From Octopus vulgaris (taxonomy: Eukaryota): 64,000 bases of DNA. The notes beneath the pieces were generated by a model that had not been told where the DNA came from, ran no database searches, and saw only the letters and a list, made by a program, of their open reading frames with translations. The stretch covers positions 75,516,001 through 75,580,000 of the forward strand of contig OX597817.1 in assembly GCA_951406725.2 (NCBI GenBank), written 5' to 3'. Of the stretch, positions 11,784 through 25,170 are shown one piece after another; within the stretch, counting starts at the first letter, position 1; each line of letters begins with the position of its first letter. Position numbers and translations under genes: made by a program.

Positions 11784-13164
11784 TCAAAGTGTTTGAAAGA
11801 GTGTTAAGATCAAGGATAGCTGACTTCCTGGAGACCCACAAACTCCTAAATGCAAATCAGCATGGCTTTCGCTGTGGCAGGGACTGTCTAACACAGCTCT
11901 TACTCCACATTGAAGATGTACTCAAAGCCTTGGGAACAGGTTCGAACTCTGATGTCATATATTTTGACTTCAGTAAAGCGTTCGACAGGGTAGACCATAA
12001 TATCCTACTCTCAAAATTGGCAAATGTTGGAATCCGCGGAAAAGTTCTACACTGGATCAAGTATTTCCTGGCGAATAGAACACAACATGTTGTAGTTGAT
12101 GGAGTCCACTCAAGCCCAGCAAAAGTCACCAGCGGTGTCCCCCAGGGGACTGTCTTGGGTCTGCTACTCTTCATAATCTACATAAACGACCTTTCCAGTG
12201 TCGTACATTACTGTAAAGTGAAAATATTTGCTGATGACACTAAGCTCCAGCAAATCGTCAATGAAGAAGCAGACCGAACTCAACTCCAGTCTGATCTATA
12301 TGCTGTGAGTCAATGGGCAGACAGAAACAAAATGCAACTGAACGATGGAAAATTTGAGCTGATGCATTTTGGAAGAAATTCCTTACTAAAACAGCCATAC
12401 TCTCTTCCTTCAGGGGAACCGCTCACAGCCTCTAACAATATCAGAGACCTGGGTGTAATTATTGATGACGATCTCAGTTGGAGTGCACACATCAACAAGA
12501 AGGTCGATATAGCTCGAAGGATGAGTTCCTGTATCTTAAGAACTTTCCGGTTCAGAGAACAAGGTGTCATCATACCACTTTTCTCTTTTGTACGGCCACA
12601 CCTCGAATACTGCTGCCCACTGTGGTCTCCCCATACAAGACAAAACATCTCGAGGATTGAATCACCCCAGAGAGCACTCACTAAACGAATTGAAGGCATG
12701 GCTCTACTCTCTCCAGCATCGCCGTGAGCGGTACATCATTTGTACGATGTGGAGAATATACCGCCAACTTTGCCCAAACGACCTGAACATTAGCTTCAAG
12801 GTTCATCCAAGACTGGGACCACGGGCCATACGTCCCCTGCCCAATTCATGATCACAGCATACATGTACACTACAACATAATTTCTTTTCCTCAACAGGCC
12901 CTGCCCTATTTAACATTGTCCCGAAAGAGATCAAAGAGGAACAGGATCCCATCAACTTTAAACGGAGTCTGGATAGATTCCTTCAAGAAATACCAGATAA
13001 GCCACCCATAATTGGATACAACTCACCCAACAAAAACTCACTACTTGAATGGACCATAAACAAAACTTGACTTAAATAGGATTCAAATAATCCTATCAAG
13101 TGGTGTTATTAAGTTAGACATGGCCTGGACCAATCATTGGTCGAAACATATCTAAGTTTATCTA

Positions 13165-13170
<6 letters not shown>
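11784..13170 (+). mobile_element. CR1-group LINE, 5'-truncated, inserted in (TA)n
   Basis: RT coding region, frameshifted C-terminus, 3' UTR with a GACCAA/TTGGTC hairpin and tandem TCTAAGTTTA x2 at the terminus. Confidence 0.85.
11789..12727 (+). pseudogene. Non-LTR reverse transcriptase domain (CR1-like), N-terminally truncated and frameshifted
   Basis: Motifs QHGFR, YFDFSKAFDRVDH, SGVPQGTVLG, FADDTK, RDLGV, RPHLEYC..LWSP. Confidence 0.9.
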
Positions 13171-13720
<550 letters not shown>

Positions 13721-13731
13721 ATATATCTCTC

Positions 13732-14109
13732 TCTATATAAACGGCAGTTTGTCTGTGCGTGTTTCTGTGTGTCTGTTTTCTCGTACCCTCACCCTGACCA
13801 CGGCTTTCAACCGATTCTGATGAAACTTGACACACACATAGCCCAATGTCATAATTCAAAACTAACGCAACGAAAATTTTGAAAAGTTCCCCCAGTTCTG
13901 AAAAAAATCGATAAATTCGACATGGGGTCGAGAATCAGAAACACAGACCACAAACTGTGTAGGGGACGCAACTCAACCTTTTTTAACTCTCAAAAAAAAT
14001 TTACCATCATTTTTTTCCATTTTCTTGCTATTTTTTGGCTATAACTCTCTAAAAATGCTTTATAGTTATTTCCCTTACAAACCTGAGCAACGCCGGGCGA
14101 TACTGCTAG
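13732..14109 (+). mobile_element. Non-autonomous Helitron
   Basis: 5' TC-TATATA start, 3' GC-rich hairpin CCTGAGCAACGCCGGG followed by CTAG|T; a related copy lies at 53234-53980 on the minus strand. Confidence 0.75.
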
Positions 14110-14171
14110 TATATGTATATATATATATGTATATATATATGTATATATATATATATGTATATATATATATC

Positions 14172-14215
<44 letters not shown>

Positions 14216-14223
14216 TACATACA

Positions 14224-14264
<41 letters not shown>

Positions 14265-14280
14265 GAAATATTAAAATTAC

Positions 14281-14310
<30 letters not shown>

Positions 14311-14311
<1 letters not shown>

Positions 14312-14650
14312 GGCGCATGGCTCAGTGGTTAGAGCGTCGAGCTTACGATTGTGAGTTTGTGAGTTCGAAAACCGGACCGGACTGCGTGTTGTGTTCTCGA
14401 GCAAGACACTTTATTTCACATTGCTCCAGTTCACTCAGGTGTAGAAATGAGTTGCGACATCACAGGTGCCAAGCTGTATCGGCCCCTTTGCCTTTCCCTT
14501 GGATAACACTGGTGGCGTGGAGAGGGGATGCCGGTATGCATGGGCGGCTGCTGGTCTTCCGTAAAAACAACCTTGCCCGGACTAGTGCCTGGGAGGGTAA
14601 CTCTCTAGGTGAAATCCTATGGTCAGTCATGACCGAAGGGGGTCCCAGCA
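14311..14650 (+). mobile_element. tRNA/CORE-type SINE, family B, well preserved
   Basis: TGGCTCAGTGG A box, GAGTTCGAAACC B box, TTGTGTTCTCGAGCAAGACACTT CORE-like block; body shared with 29265-29660 and 30231-30648. Confidence 0.85.
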
Positions 14651-14677
14651 TATATATATAAGTGTATGTTAGCGCAC

Positions 14678-14724
<47 letters not shown>

Positions 14725-14728
<4 letters not shown>

Positions 14729-14935
14729 TGTCTGAGTTTGTCCTCTCATTGTTTCTGATAACCAGTGTAGGTTTGTTCACGTTCCCGTAACGTTGTGACT
14801 CAGCAAAAAAAAAAGGAAAAAGAAAAAAACGGTAGGATAAATGCCAGATGTCAAACAAGTACTGGGTCGACTTGGACTAAACTTTTCAAGGCAATGCCCT
14901 TGCATGGCCATAGTCCAATGGCTCAAACAATAAAA
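14725..14935 (+). mobile_element. SINE family C 3' portion, diverged
   Basis: Similar to 7415-7630. Confidence 0.55.
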
Positions 14936-15224
14936 CAAGAAACGGCAGAGTGGTTTCTAAATATTATTTACGTTTAACTATTGTCTTGACAGAAAAGGTG
15001 AAGTGTCAGACTGCGTGGTATCTGGTTATGTCCCTTTATTTTCTGAGTCAAAATCTAGTTTAGGTCGACTTATCAATAATCCTTTCAAGATATGTAGTTA
15101 AAATAAGCGCCAGTTCATAAAATTAGGAGATGGAATATGAAACAGACTATATTTTTAGGAAGGCAATTTTTTTTATGTGGCATAGCCAAAGTCCATTGAC
15201 TGAGGCCAGTAAAATAATTATAAT

Positions 15225-15389
15225 GATTTCAAATTTTGGTACAATGTCAGCAATTTTAGGGGAGGGATAAGTCGTTTACACCGACCCGAGTACTTATTTT
15301 ATAGACCCCCGAAAACAGGAAAAGTAAAGTCGTCCTCGTTGGCATTTAAACTCAAGACATAAAGCCAGAATATATACCTCTCGCCGCCT

Positions 15390-15390
<1 letters not shown>
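15225..15390 (-). mobile_element. SINE family A, diverged copy
   Basis: TCAAATTTTGG.ACAA tail and AAAGTCGTCCTCG core as in 591-798. Confidence 0.6.
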
Positions 15391-15469
<79 letters not shown>

Positions 15470-15529
15470 TGTAGTTAAAATAAGCGCCAGTTCATAAAAT
15501 TAGGAGATGGAATATGAAACAGACTCCAC

Positions 15530-16176
15530 GTGCAGCTTTCTTGTGCTCACAGAGTATCCCCTTTGGAATTTTACTGTTCAAACTGACAGAAAGATAGATG
15601 CAAATAGGCCAGACACTATATTGAAGGATTTCAGACAAAAGTCGTGCCTCTTCATCAATATGACTGTCTCAATCGACAAAAACGTATCTGTCAAGACCTA
15701 CCAAAAACTGAGCAAGTATAAATAGAAATTGGTAAATGTGGAACCACAAAACTAGAACTATACCTGTTGTCATAGGTACCTTAGAAATGATAGCAAAAGT
15801 GGCTGATTGTTTACCTATCTCAGATACCAGGAAATCCCCAAAATTTAACTGACCCAGTAGCGAAGACTGCAGAATACATCCAACTCAAAAACATCTTAAA
15901 ATTACAATTCGCAAAAAAGTTTGCTACTTTCTCGAAGCTTTCGTACGTACGTACGTACATACATACATACATACATACATACATACATACATACATACAT
16001 ACATACATACATACATACATACTGTCTTTACGTTCTGTATTCAAATGCCAGCCGGGGTAAACTTTGCCTTTCAACCTTTCAGGGCCGATAAATTAAGTAC
16101 CAGTGAAACACTGGGTCGATGTAATCGATTAGTCTCCTCCCACCAAATCTGAGGCCTTGTGCCTCCAGTAGAAATG

Positions 16177-16229
<53 letters not shown>

Positions 16230-16267
16230 CATTATTATTATTATCATCATCATCATCATCATCATCA

Positions 16268-16310
<43 letters not shown>

Positions 16311-16327
16311 CATTATTATTATTATTA

Positions 16328-16377
<50 letters not shown>

Positions 16378-16780
16378 TTATTCATTCGTAACACAGTGTA
16401 GGTAAAAATGCACCGGAGTCTTTAGAAGAAATTTTAAAAATAGGGGTCATGGGAACTGCTCATATCCTACAAAAAATACTGTCTATGTGATTCCAAAAAC
16501 ATTTTAATCTATAATCATTATCAAAAGTACTATTAAATGTACATAACAGCAAACACCTTTTACTGTCATTGTAAGATCACACTATCACCTTATCATCAAA
16601 TGATTTTAAAGTAAACTTTTAATTTTCTTATGTTTTGACAGAAATTCTCTAGAAAATACACTGTGCAAAACCAAAAGTATGTCACCATTATCATAATACT
16701 GATTTGAACTTCTAACTTCTCGCTTCAGGTCTTTGGGTGAGACTTGGAATCAACTTGTACAAATACAAAGCAAAACCCAA

Positions 16781-16785
<5 letters not shown>
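15530..16785 (+). mobile_element. R4/Dong-type retrotransposon 3' end, interrupted by a 588-bp inverted duplication (15838-16425)
   Basis: LWNFTVQTDRKIDANRPDTILKD..FINMTVSID..KLSKYK; resumes at 16426 with MGTAHILQKILSM* and a UTR matching 45780-45966; ends in (TAA)n. Confidence 0.85.
15838..16425. repeat. Near-identical inverted duplicate of 17668-18290
   Basis: Unique sequence, SINE fragment and even the (ATT)/(ATC) interruption pattern are mirrored; the (TACA)n length and about 1 base differ. Confidence 0.92.
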
Positions 16786-16849
<64 letters not shown>

Positions 16850-16873
16850 GATGATGATGATGATGATGATGAT

Positions 16874-17432
16874 AAATGCCCTGATGCAGTACCAGACAGT
16901 GGCTCTCTTGGCTTCTGATCTTAACTGATTGGAAATGTAATCATGTACATTGTTTTATCTTGGTATAAAAGATGGGCTACAGCAAATATTTTGCTCAATG
17001 ACACAGATTTGCTTGTCAGTTGTTTAACCTTAACCAGTTGACCATGTCCCTTACTGGTTGACGATATGTGCATCTCTGACCACGAGCAAAAGTAGTGGGG
17101 GGAGTATGATAGCCGTGTGTTGAAAGGAATTCTTGGAGGTTTAGATAATTCACCTTTGGAAACATGGGTGGTTCGTTCAACATCCTTAAACAACCCTTCT
17201 TCAGAGACCTTTTCAGCGTGATGGGCTACTCGACCAGAAGAAAAATCTAACTGCGCTACACCTGCAAGGTCATATACTGTTTGTCTTGATATGAGACCAC
17301 CATGTCGCGCACATATGGTTGTGATGCATGTGCCTAGTGTATCCTTATCAGACGGATAGTCATGACGGGTATACTGAGCTTCGTATATTTTACCCCAGTG
17401 TCACTTTGATGGCATGCACTGCTCTCTCACTC
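16874..17432. mobile_element. ~560-bp non-coding interspersed element embedded in (AAT)n, copy 1
   Basis: Colinear with 21696-22245, with the same right end CTCTCTCACTC|AATAAT. Confidence 0.8.
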
Positions 17433-17499
<67 letters not shown>

Positions 17500-17514
17500 G
17501 TAATGATAATAATA

Positions 17515-17715
17515 TGACTCAATTCCACTGAAACTTCAAGACTTCTTAAGGCAACTGGAAATCCCATGCAAGATTGATGTCTTGCAAAAAGCAGCCTTAT
17601 TGGGCATAGTGCGCATCTTAAGAAAAGTATTATCTGTCTGAAATCCTTGTCGTGACTTGACAGATGACTAAAGACTCCGGTGCATTTTTACCTACACTGT
17701 GTTACGAATGAATAA
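17515..17715 (+). mobile_element. R4/Dong-type retrotransposon extreme 3' end
   Basis: LQKAALLGIVRILRKVLSV*, then a short UTR and (AAT)n. Confidence 0.75.
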
Positions 17716-17765
<50 letters not shown>

Positions 17766-17782
17766 TAATAATAATAATAATG

Positions 17783-17825
<43 letters not shown>

Positions 17826-17863
17826 TGATGATGATGATGATGATGATGATAATAATAATAATG

Positions 17864-17922
<59 letters not shown>

Positions 17923-18299
17923 CATTTTCTACCGGAGGCACAAGGCCTCAGATTTGGTGGGAGGAGACTAATCGATTACATCGACCCAGTGTTTCACTGG
18001 TACTTAATTTATCGGCCCTGAAAGGTTGAAAGGCAAAGTTTACCCCGGCTGGCATTTGAATACAGAACGTAAAGACAGTATGTATGTATGTATGTATGTA
18101 TGTATGTATGTATGTATGTATGTATGTATGTATGTATGTATGTATGTATGTATGTATGTATGTATGTATGTACGTACGTACGTACGAAAGCTTCGAGAAA
18201 GTAGCAAACTTTTTTGCGAATTGTAATTTTAAGATGTTTTTGAGTTGGATGTATTCTGCAGTCTTCGCTACTGGGTCAGTTAAATTTTGGAGACACGCT

Positions 18300-18915
18300 C
18301 GAATTTAGCGAAGGCGGGAGCAGTGGTTTGTTTACATTATTATTTACGCCGCTCCTGGCAGATTTTGGCTCATTTTCAGTGTTTTGGAAGGATCGAGAAC
18401 CAGTTGATTTTTTTTTTTTCACAAAAGATGTTTGTTGTCAGAGCTGTTCTGCCGTGAAGGTATTTATGTTGGGATGAGCTTCGTCCCAGTATTATTTTAA
18501 CCACTTCATGTATCCGATTGAAGAGTCATCTCGGGCTTTTTCATAGCATCGAAGTAAATCTTGGTTTAGTTGCAGAGTCCAAGTAAAATGAGAAGAGTAC
18601 TTACGTCTTCTTAAATAACTTACTGAAGTAGTTCTGTTTTCATCGGTGGTAATGTTATTAGTTTCATCTGTGGTGATATTAGTTTCAGCCATAATCGTGT
18701 TAGCGAGATTCCACGTGGTGTAGATGTATATTTTAAAATCTGTTCAGGATAACACTACGTTGGTGAGTAAAAGGTGTTTCTCTTATTAATTATTGCAGAA
18801 ATAAATCAGTTACCGATTTAAACTGGAGAAGTCGGCATATTTCTAGAAGAAGTCGTTCAAAACGGACTTTATAAACGGTCCTCTACACCTGCACGTCCAA
18901 TGTTGACGGCGCCAT
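18300..18915 (-). mobile_element. Probable 5' region of an R4/Dong-type element
   Basis: ORF 18492..18692 FTWTLQLNQDLLRCY..GYMKWLK resembles the R4 ORF N-terminal W..N..CY..Y motif; compare KWSVDMN at ~43115. Confidence 0.5.
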
Positions 18916-18918
18916 ATT

Positions 18919-19033
18919 ATGTATGTATGTATGTATGTATGTATGTATGTATGTATGTATGTATGTATGTATGTATGTATGTATGCATGTATGTATGTAT
19001 GTATGTATGTATGTTTGTATGTATGTATGTATG

Positions 19034-19064
<31 letters not shown>

Positions 19065-19318
19065 GTATGTATGTATGTATGTATGCATGCATGTATGTAT
19101 GTATGTATGTATGTATGTATTATGTATGTATGTATGTATGTATGTATGTATGTTTGTATGTATGTATGTATGCATGTATGTATGTATGTATGCATGCATG
19201 CATGCATGTATGTATGTAAGTGTGTATGTATGTATGCATATATATATAATATAAATAATATATATATATATATATATATAGGCTTATATACATTCATATA
19301 TGTACATACTGACATATA

Positions 19319-19370
<52 letters not shown>
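18919..19370. repeat. (ATGT)n and (TA)n microsatellite block
   Basis: Directly visible. Confidence 0.95.
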
Positions 19371-19373
<3 letters not shown>

Positions 19374-19930
19374 GAACTTTTTTGCGAACAGCGAGAGAAA
19401 CAAATAGAAAACACGAGAAGTAACATACAGAGCGACCCTTCATCAGTTGTCGACTGTGTATTTACTTCACATTTCGAGCAATTCACGACAATATGCGCCT
19501 TCGAGAAAACAGTTGCTCCCGCAAGCCAAAATAAAATTTGAGATTTTGCGGAGGGTCAAAGTTGGTAACAGAAACAGGACAGTGAAACAAATAGAGAGGA
19601 CTGCTAAGCGAGACGGGGTAAGGTGGCGAACGCTGAGGAACATTCTTTGACAGGATAAAAGATAGGAGAGGAGACAGACAACAGACCGGAAGAAAAGAAA
19701 GATCAACACGTGTGGAAAAACAGATGGACGATGGTCACGTGTGAGCAACGAGAGAGTAAAGAAGGAGGAAGGAAAGAGAGAGAGAGAGGGACAGATAGAA
19801 AACGATGAAGGGGAGAAAAATAGAGAATTAGAGAAAGGAAGAGAGAAAGAGAGAGAGAACAGTACAGAGGAGAGTCGCATAAAAATTATTAAGATAAACT
19901 TACTTGGAAATGGATGCGTGGCGTTTAATG
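19371..19930. repeat. (TA)n-flanked interspersed element related to 33260-33800
   Basis: Shares CCTT.ATCAGTTGTCG..CATTTCGAGCA..CGACAATAT and GAGGGTCA.AGTTGG blocks with 33400-33530. Confidence 0.6.
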
Positions 19931-19995
19931 ATATAATAATATAGATAAAAATATATATAGGCATATATACATACACATATGTACATAGTGACATA

Positions 19996-20042
<47 letters not shown>

Positions 20043-20264
20043 TACGGAGATGTACATGCATAGCAAGTGACCTGATCTGAGATCGTGTGCTGGAACGAAA
20101 ACAATTACAGCGTGGAAGGTGTTTATAAGCCATTTAAGAAACGCACAAAAACTGTTAGATTCACTTCAACATTCAAATTTAATTTGTCAAAATATTTTCG
20201 TCGCTTTGAGACCGCGACCTGTTCATACAAAACTCCGTGATGCACCACCTACACGCTGCAATTG

Positions 20265-20337
<73 letters not shown>

Positions 20338-20563
20338 TATATGGGTATAGGACGTCACAAATATGTAAGCAACATGACATATACGAAAACATGAAATCCA
20401 AATATATAAAATATATATAATATACAAAGACAAACAGCGGACATACTAATACAATTGTTCGTTCTTTATGCCTTGTCTTGTTTATTTTCATTTGTTATCG
20501 TATTTTTGTCTTCGTATTTCATGTTGTTTGACGTCCTAGCAAAATATGCATATATATATATCA

Positions 20564-20600
<37 letters not shown>

Positions 20601-20695
20601 GACTGAACGCCATCATCCATTTCCAAGTATATATATATATATATATATAAATACCAAGAGGTAGACAGAAAAATAGAGAGAGAGAACGCACGCGT

Positions 20696-20726
<31 letters not shown>

Positions 20727-21409
20727 GGAGGGAGAGAGAGAAGGAGAGAGAAAGAGGGAGAGAGAGAGAGGAGAGAGAGAGAGAGAAGGAGAGAGAGAGA
20801 GGAGAGAGAGAAATCTCACCAATATTAACATTTAATAACTACGTATCTAAATATTCTCATGGTAAACTGCACGCTACGGCATATTCTCAACTTTCATAAC
20901 CTCAGATGTAAATATATTTTAGCGCCTTGCTTCCTACACTAACTCATTGAACCTATATTTACATAGAGAACGCAATAACTAGCAGCAGTAACAACTATTG
21001 GAAATGGAAATATAATAGACTGGCACCGGAATCTGGAAGGACAACAAAATTTGTTTTGCTAAAAGGAAATTCGTGCACAAAAGTATTCTTGAGCTCGGAT
21101 GAATTTATATGAATTAATAATTCTATTGCGCTTTGTTATTCCCTGATTTATTCGTTGTTTTTTTCCATGCAGTCTTGATAATAACACACGGTTTTCATGA
21201 ATATAAATCAGAGACTGCGATATGTGGTCAGTATTAATGACAACATTAATACAACAGCTAGTCTGGAATTTGAGAAGAATTAGCAATAATATTGTTGTAA
21301 TTTACACTTCTCCCGTTTAAAACAACGACAGAACAAGTCAATGGGGATCTGTGTCACGTGGGCAATCGACGTATTAAAAATAACAAACGAATAACTTTCA
21401 AACTACGCC

Positions 21410-21560
21410 TGAGGGGAGAGGTTGTAGTCAATTATATTGATTGGTACTTATTTTATCGACCTTGAAAATATGAAAGCAGAGTTGGTCTCGGTGTGATTTG
21501 AATTCAGAACGTAAAGAGCCGGGAGAAATGCCGCTAAGCATTTTGTCCGACGCCCAAACT
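21410..21560 (-). mobile_element. SINE family A, diverged copy
   Basis: TGGTACTTATTTTATCGACC and TCAGAACGTA..GCCGCTAAGCATTTTG blocks. Confidence 0.6.
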
Positions 21561-21643
21561 ATTATTATAATTCTGTACCCTAATAATACCCTAATAATAA
21601 TAATAACAATAATAATAATACCCTAATAATAATAATAATACCC

Positions 21644-21695
<52 letters not shown>

Positions 21696-21699
<4 letters not shown>

Positions 21700-22245
21700 G
21701 CAGTACCAGGCAATGGCTCTCATGGCTTCTGATCTTAACTGATTGGAAGTGTTATCATGTACATTGTTTTGTCTTGGTATAAAAGATGGGCTACAGCAAA
21801 TATTCTGCTCAATACCACAGATTTGCTTGTCAGTTGTTTGACCTTAACCAGTTGAGCATGTCCCTTAGTGGCTGACGATATGTGCATCTCTGACCACGAG
21901 CAGAAGTAGTGGGGGAGCATCATAGCCATGTGTTGAGAGGGATTCTTTGGGGTTTGAATAATTCACCTCTGGAAACATGGGTGGTTCTTTCAACATCCTT
22001 AAACAACCCTTATTCAGGGACCGTTTGAGCGGGATGGGCTACTCAACCTGAAGAAAATTCTAAATGGGCCCCACCTGCAAGGTCATGTGCTGTTTATCTT
22101 GATATGAGATCACCATGTCGCGCACATATGGTTGTGATGCATGTGCCTGGTGTGCCCTTATCAGACGGGTAGTCATGATGGGTATATTGGGCTTCGTATA
22201 TTTTACCCCAGTGTCACTTTGATGGCATGCACTGCTCTCTCACTC
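21696..22245. mobile_element. ~550-bp non-coding interspersed element embedded in (AAT)n, copy 2
   Basis: Colinear with 16874-17432; (AAT)n on both sides. Confidence 0.8.
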
Positions 22246-22274
<29 letters not shown>

Positions 22275-22281
<7 letters not shown>

Positions 22282-22470
22282 CACAACTTTCTCTCACTCT
22301 AACTTCCTGTTTCTGTTGTACCTGTATTTCAAAGGGCCGGCCATATCAATCTATGTGTCACGCTGAATATCCCCGAGAATTGCGTTAAGGGTAGACGTGT
22401 CTGTGGAGTGCTCAGCCACTTACACGTTAATTTCACGAACCCTCGTCGTCGTAACCGACGGAGTGCTTCC
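22275..22470 (+). mobile_element. 3' part of the SINE seen at 50276-50645
   Basis: Reverse complement of 50276-50490 (TTCCTGTTTCTGTTGTACCTGTATTTCAAAGGGCC). Confidence 0.7.
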
Positions 22471-22485
22471 TCCTCCTCCTCCTCC

Positions 22486-22529
<44 letters not shown>

Positions 22530-22534
<5 letters not shown>

Positions 22535-24150
22535 CTAGAGGGATTACTAACAACTGTGAAAAACTTTAGTGACTATTAACACGGAATTTTGTTAGGATAA
22601 GTGCGGCAAAACAACATTTAAACGGGAAAATCTAATTTCTGTACAATCCATCGCGCTAGATGACAATATTATCATCAAAGAATTAGATCAAGATGGAGCA
22701 TACAAATATTTAAGAATAAATGAAGGGAAACGGGTCCAGCTGCTCATAAAGGAAGAAAATCAGGAAAGAATATTATAGGAGAGTATGATTGATTATGAAA
22801 AGAGAACTGAATTCCCAGAACAGGATTCAAGTCATTAATTCACTTGCCGTCTCAGTGGCACAGTACAGTTATAATATAATTAATTGGAATATAAAAGAAG
22901 TCCAACAAATGGAAATCAAAAGAAGAAAACTAATGACGGCAAACAAGATGCATCATCCAAAAGATGATATTCATGGAATATACGTTCCCTGAAGAGAGGG
23001 TGTTAAAGGCCTAATCCAGCAAGAATTATCCTACAAGACCATTACAATAGGAGTTCATTCATAGATCCAGAATAACTACAACTGGTTGATACAGGTAGTA
23101 AATCAACACGAAGGGAATAAAATGCTACATCGTCATTAAAGAGGCACAGAGGTATAAAAGAAAACTAAATTTAGGTGTAAACGATAATGCCAAAGCTGCA
23201 ATACCGACAGTAACAGTAAAATACGACAAACATAAGGCTAATAAAGAAGGTCTGAGAAAGCTTATGAACAAAAAGCAAGATAAACCGCTTTATGGTCGGT
23301 ATCCCAAATGAACAAGGGAAGCAGACGTGGTTAAAGAACATATCAGTGGTTGCGCAGTTCAGGTCCAAAGGCAGAAACCGAAAGTTTTATAATGACAACT
23401 CAGGATCAATCTCTATTCATAACAAACTACCAAACAAACGTTGTCCACAAGGATGCTGACCAAAACTGTAGAATGTGATAATAGTATTGAAACCATCGAC
23501 CACATTGACGCTGGCTGCTCTAAACTCGCAATAACCGAATACAAAACCAGGCATGACCGAATCGGGCAGTACCTACCCTGGAACATTTGTCTTCTTTATA
23601 ACATCCCACTTCCTAAAACCTGGTATGAACACCACCAGAAACCAATTACCAGCGGCGAGCTGGCAGAATCGTTAGCACGCCGGGCGAAATGCGTAGCCGT
23701 ATTTCGTCTGCCGTTACGTTCTGAGTTCAAATTCCGCCGAGGTCGACTTTGCCTTTCATCCTTTCGGGGTCGATAAATTAAGTACCAGTTACGCACTGGG
23801 TCGATGTAATCGACTTAATCCCTTTGTCTGTCCTTGTTTGTCCCCTCTGTGTTTAGCCCCTTGTGGGCAATAAAGAAATAAGAAACCAGTTACAGTGGGT
23901 CATAGAGTTCCTATTCTGTGGGACTTTATCATCAACACTAGCAGATAAATGTCAATAGACCTTATATTATTATCAAAGGTCATCGGCAATATGCCTGCTA
24001 TCTAATTAGATATGACAGTACCAGCAGTCGAAATATCTCAGTCAAAGGACTCGAAAACTTAGCTCAGAAACATCTAAATAATATTCCAGGAGAACTATGT
24101 CTCAGAGAAATCCTAAAGATTGTGCTGACAAGTACTGCCCTCATCCTTAG
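22530..24150 (+). mobile_element. R4/Dong-type retrotransposon, degraded RT thumb to RLE, interrupted by a SINE
   Basis: YKYL, ELNSQNRIQVINSLAV..YSY.IINW, HHPK..IYVP, ETESFIMTTQDQ, ETIDHIDAGCSKLA.TEYKTRHD..W, ILWDF, NRP, DMTVP. Confidence 0.85.
23651..23880 (+). mobile_element. SINE family A, young monomer with 13-bp TSD
   Basis: A box TGGCAGAATCG and B box GAGTTCAAATTCC; flanked by AGAAACCAATTAC (23637-23649) and AGAAACCAGTTAC (23881-23893). Confidence 0.9.
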
Positions 24151-24239
24151 AAATGAAAACATATTGTTGTATTACATGAAGATATTTCGCTACTACCTCT
24201 ACCACTTGCAAAGATAAACTTCTAAATATATATACACGA

Positions 24240-24420
24240 GGCTTAGCGGTATTTCTTGCGGTTCTTAACGTTCTGAGTTCAAATGCAGCTGAAGTCAACT
24301 TTGCCTTTCCTCCTTTCGGAGTCAATAAAATAAGTACTAGTTTAACACTGGGGTCAATGTAATCGGCTTACCTTCTCCCCCGAAATTGTTGGCCTTGTAC
24401 TAAAATTTGAAATCAATATT
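24240..24420 (+). mobile_element. SINE family A, 5'-truncated
   Basis: Nearly identical to 25597-25772. Confidence 0.75.
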
Positions 24421-24446
24421 TCTGGAGGCTCGTGTATATATATTTA

Positions 24447-24536
24447 ATCTAAGGTGTACCTGCTGAAGAAGATTTCGCCTAGCAAATTATTTTATTTGCT
24501 AAAAAAAGTCTGAAATTATTGGTCCAGGGGTTAGAT
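24447..24536 (+). ncRNA. Type I hammerhead ribozyme motif
   Basis: aucuaa..ccug-CUGAAGA-agauuu..(uagcaaau/auuugcua)..aagucu-GAAA-uuauug-GUC-cagg..uuagau. Stems I and II pair; stem III is weak. Confidence 0.65.
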
Positions 24537-24675
24537 GGTAAATGTTTTTATTTCTCATTCCCTTCGAAATTTTATCCCTAATAGTGGTTTGAAATTTAAC
24601 TGTTCTCTCTAGCGTGCAAGGAGTCCTATGATGGATGCCTCTTATGCATTTAAATGTACACTGTATTTATATATG

Positions 24676-24723
<48 letters not shown>

Positions 24724-25170
24724 AACACACACATATCTATAACGGGTTGTTCAAATGAAACGCTCTCTTTTTCTGTTTTTGTTATAATCTTAGAAAAAAA
24801 AAAGGAGCAGATAAGAAACAAGCAAGTAAATATATACCCTGGATACGGTGTTGGTTTATAGTAACTATCTTTTCTAGGTGATATAATATTAGATATTTTC
24901 GATAACTAAATAAACCAAAGACACGAATAAATAATGGGATTTGCCTGCATGCTAACATGTTCAAGCAAGCCTATAATTGATCAAACAGATCTATAATCGA
25001 AACCGTGGCCGGTTCGTCTTTTTTGAGTTTCAGCTAAGATTATGTAATTCACGTATTTTTTAAAGGATGAAAAGGAGTAATTTGAAAAGTAATTTTTTAT
25101 TGTGATTTTCTAACATGGGGAACAATTGCATAGAGACTTTGTCATTGGTTTGTATTATTATACGCATTAT

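Noticed and set aside
13110-13165. GACCAA/TTGGTC hairpin followed by GAAAC at the CR1 3' end
   Set aside because: There is no CUGANGA core; it is better explained as the LINE 3' stem-loop.
23651-23740. tRNA-like heads as true tRNA genes
   Set aside because: They continue into SINE bodies with tails and TSDs and lack a clean cloverleaf.
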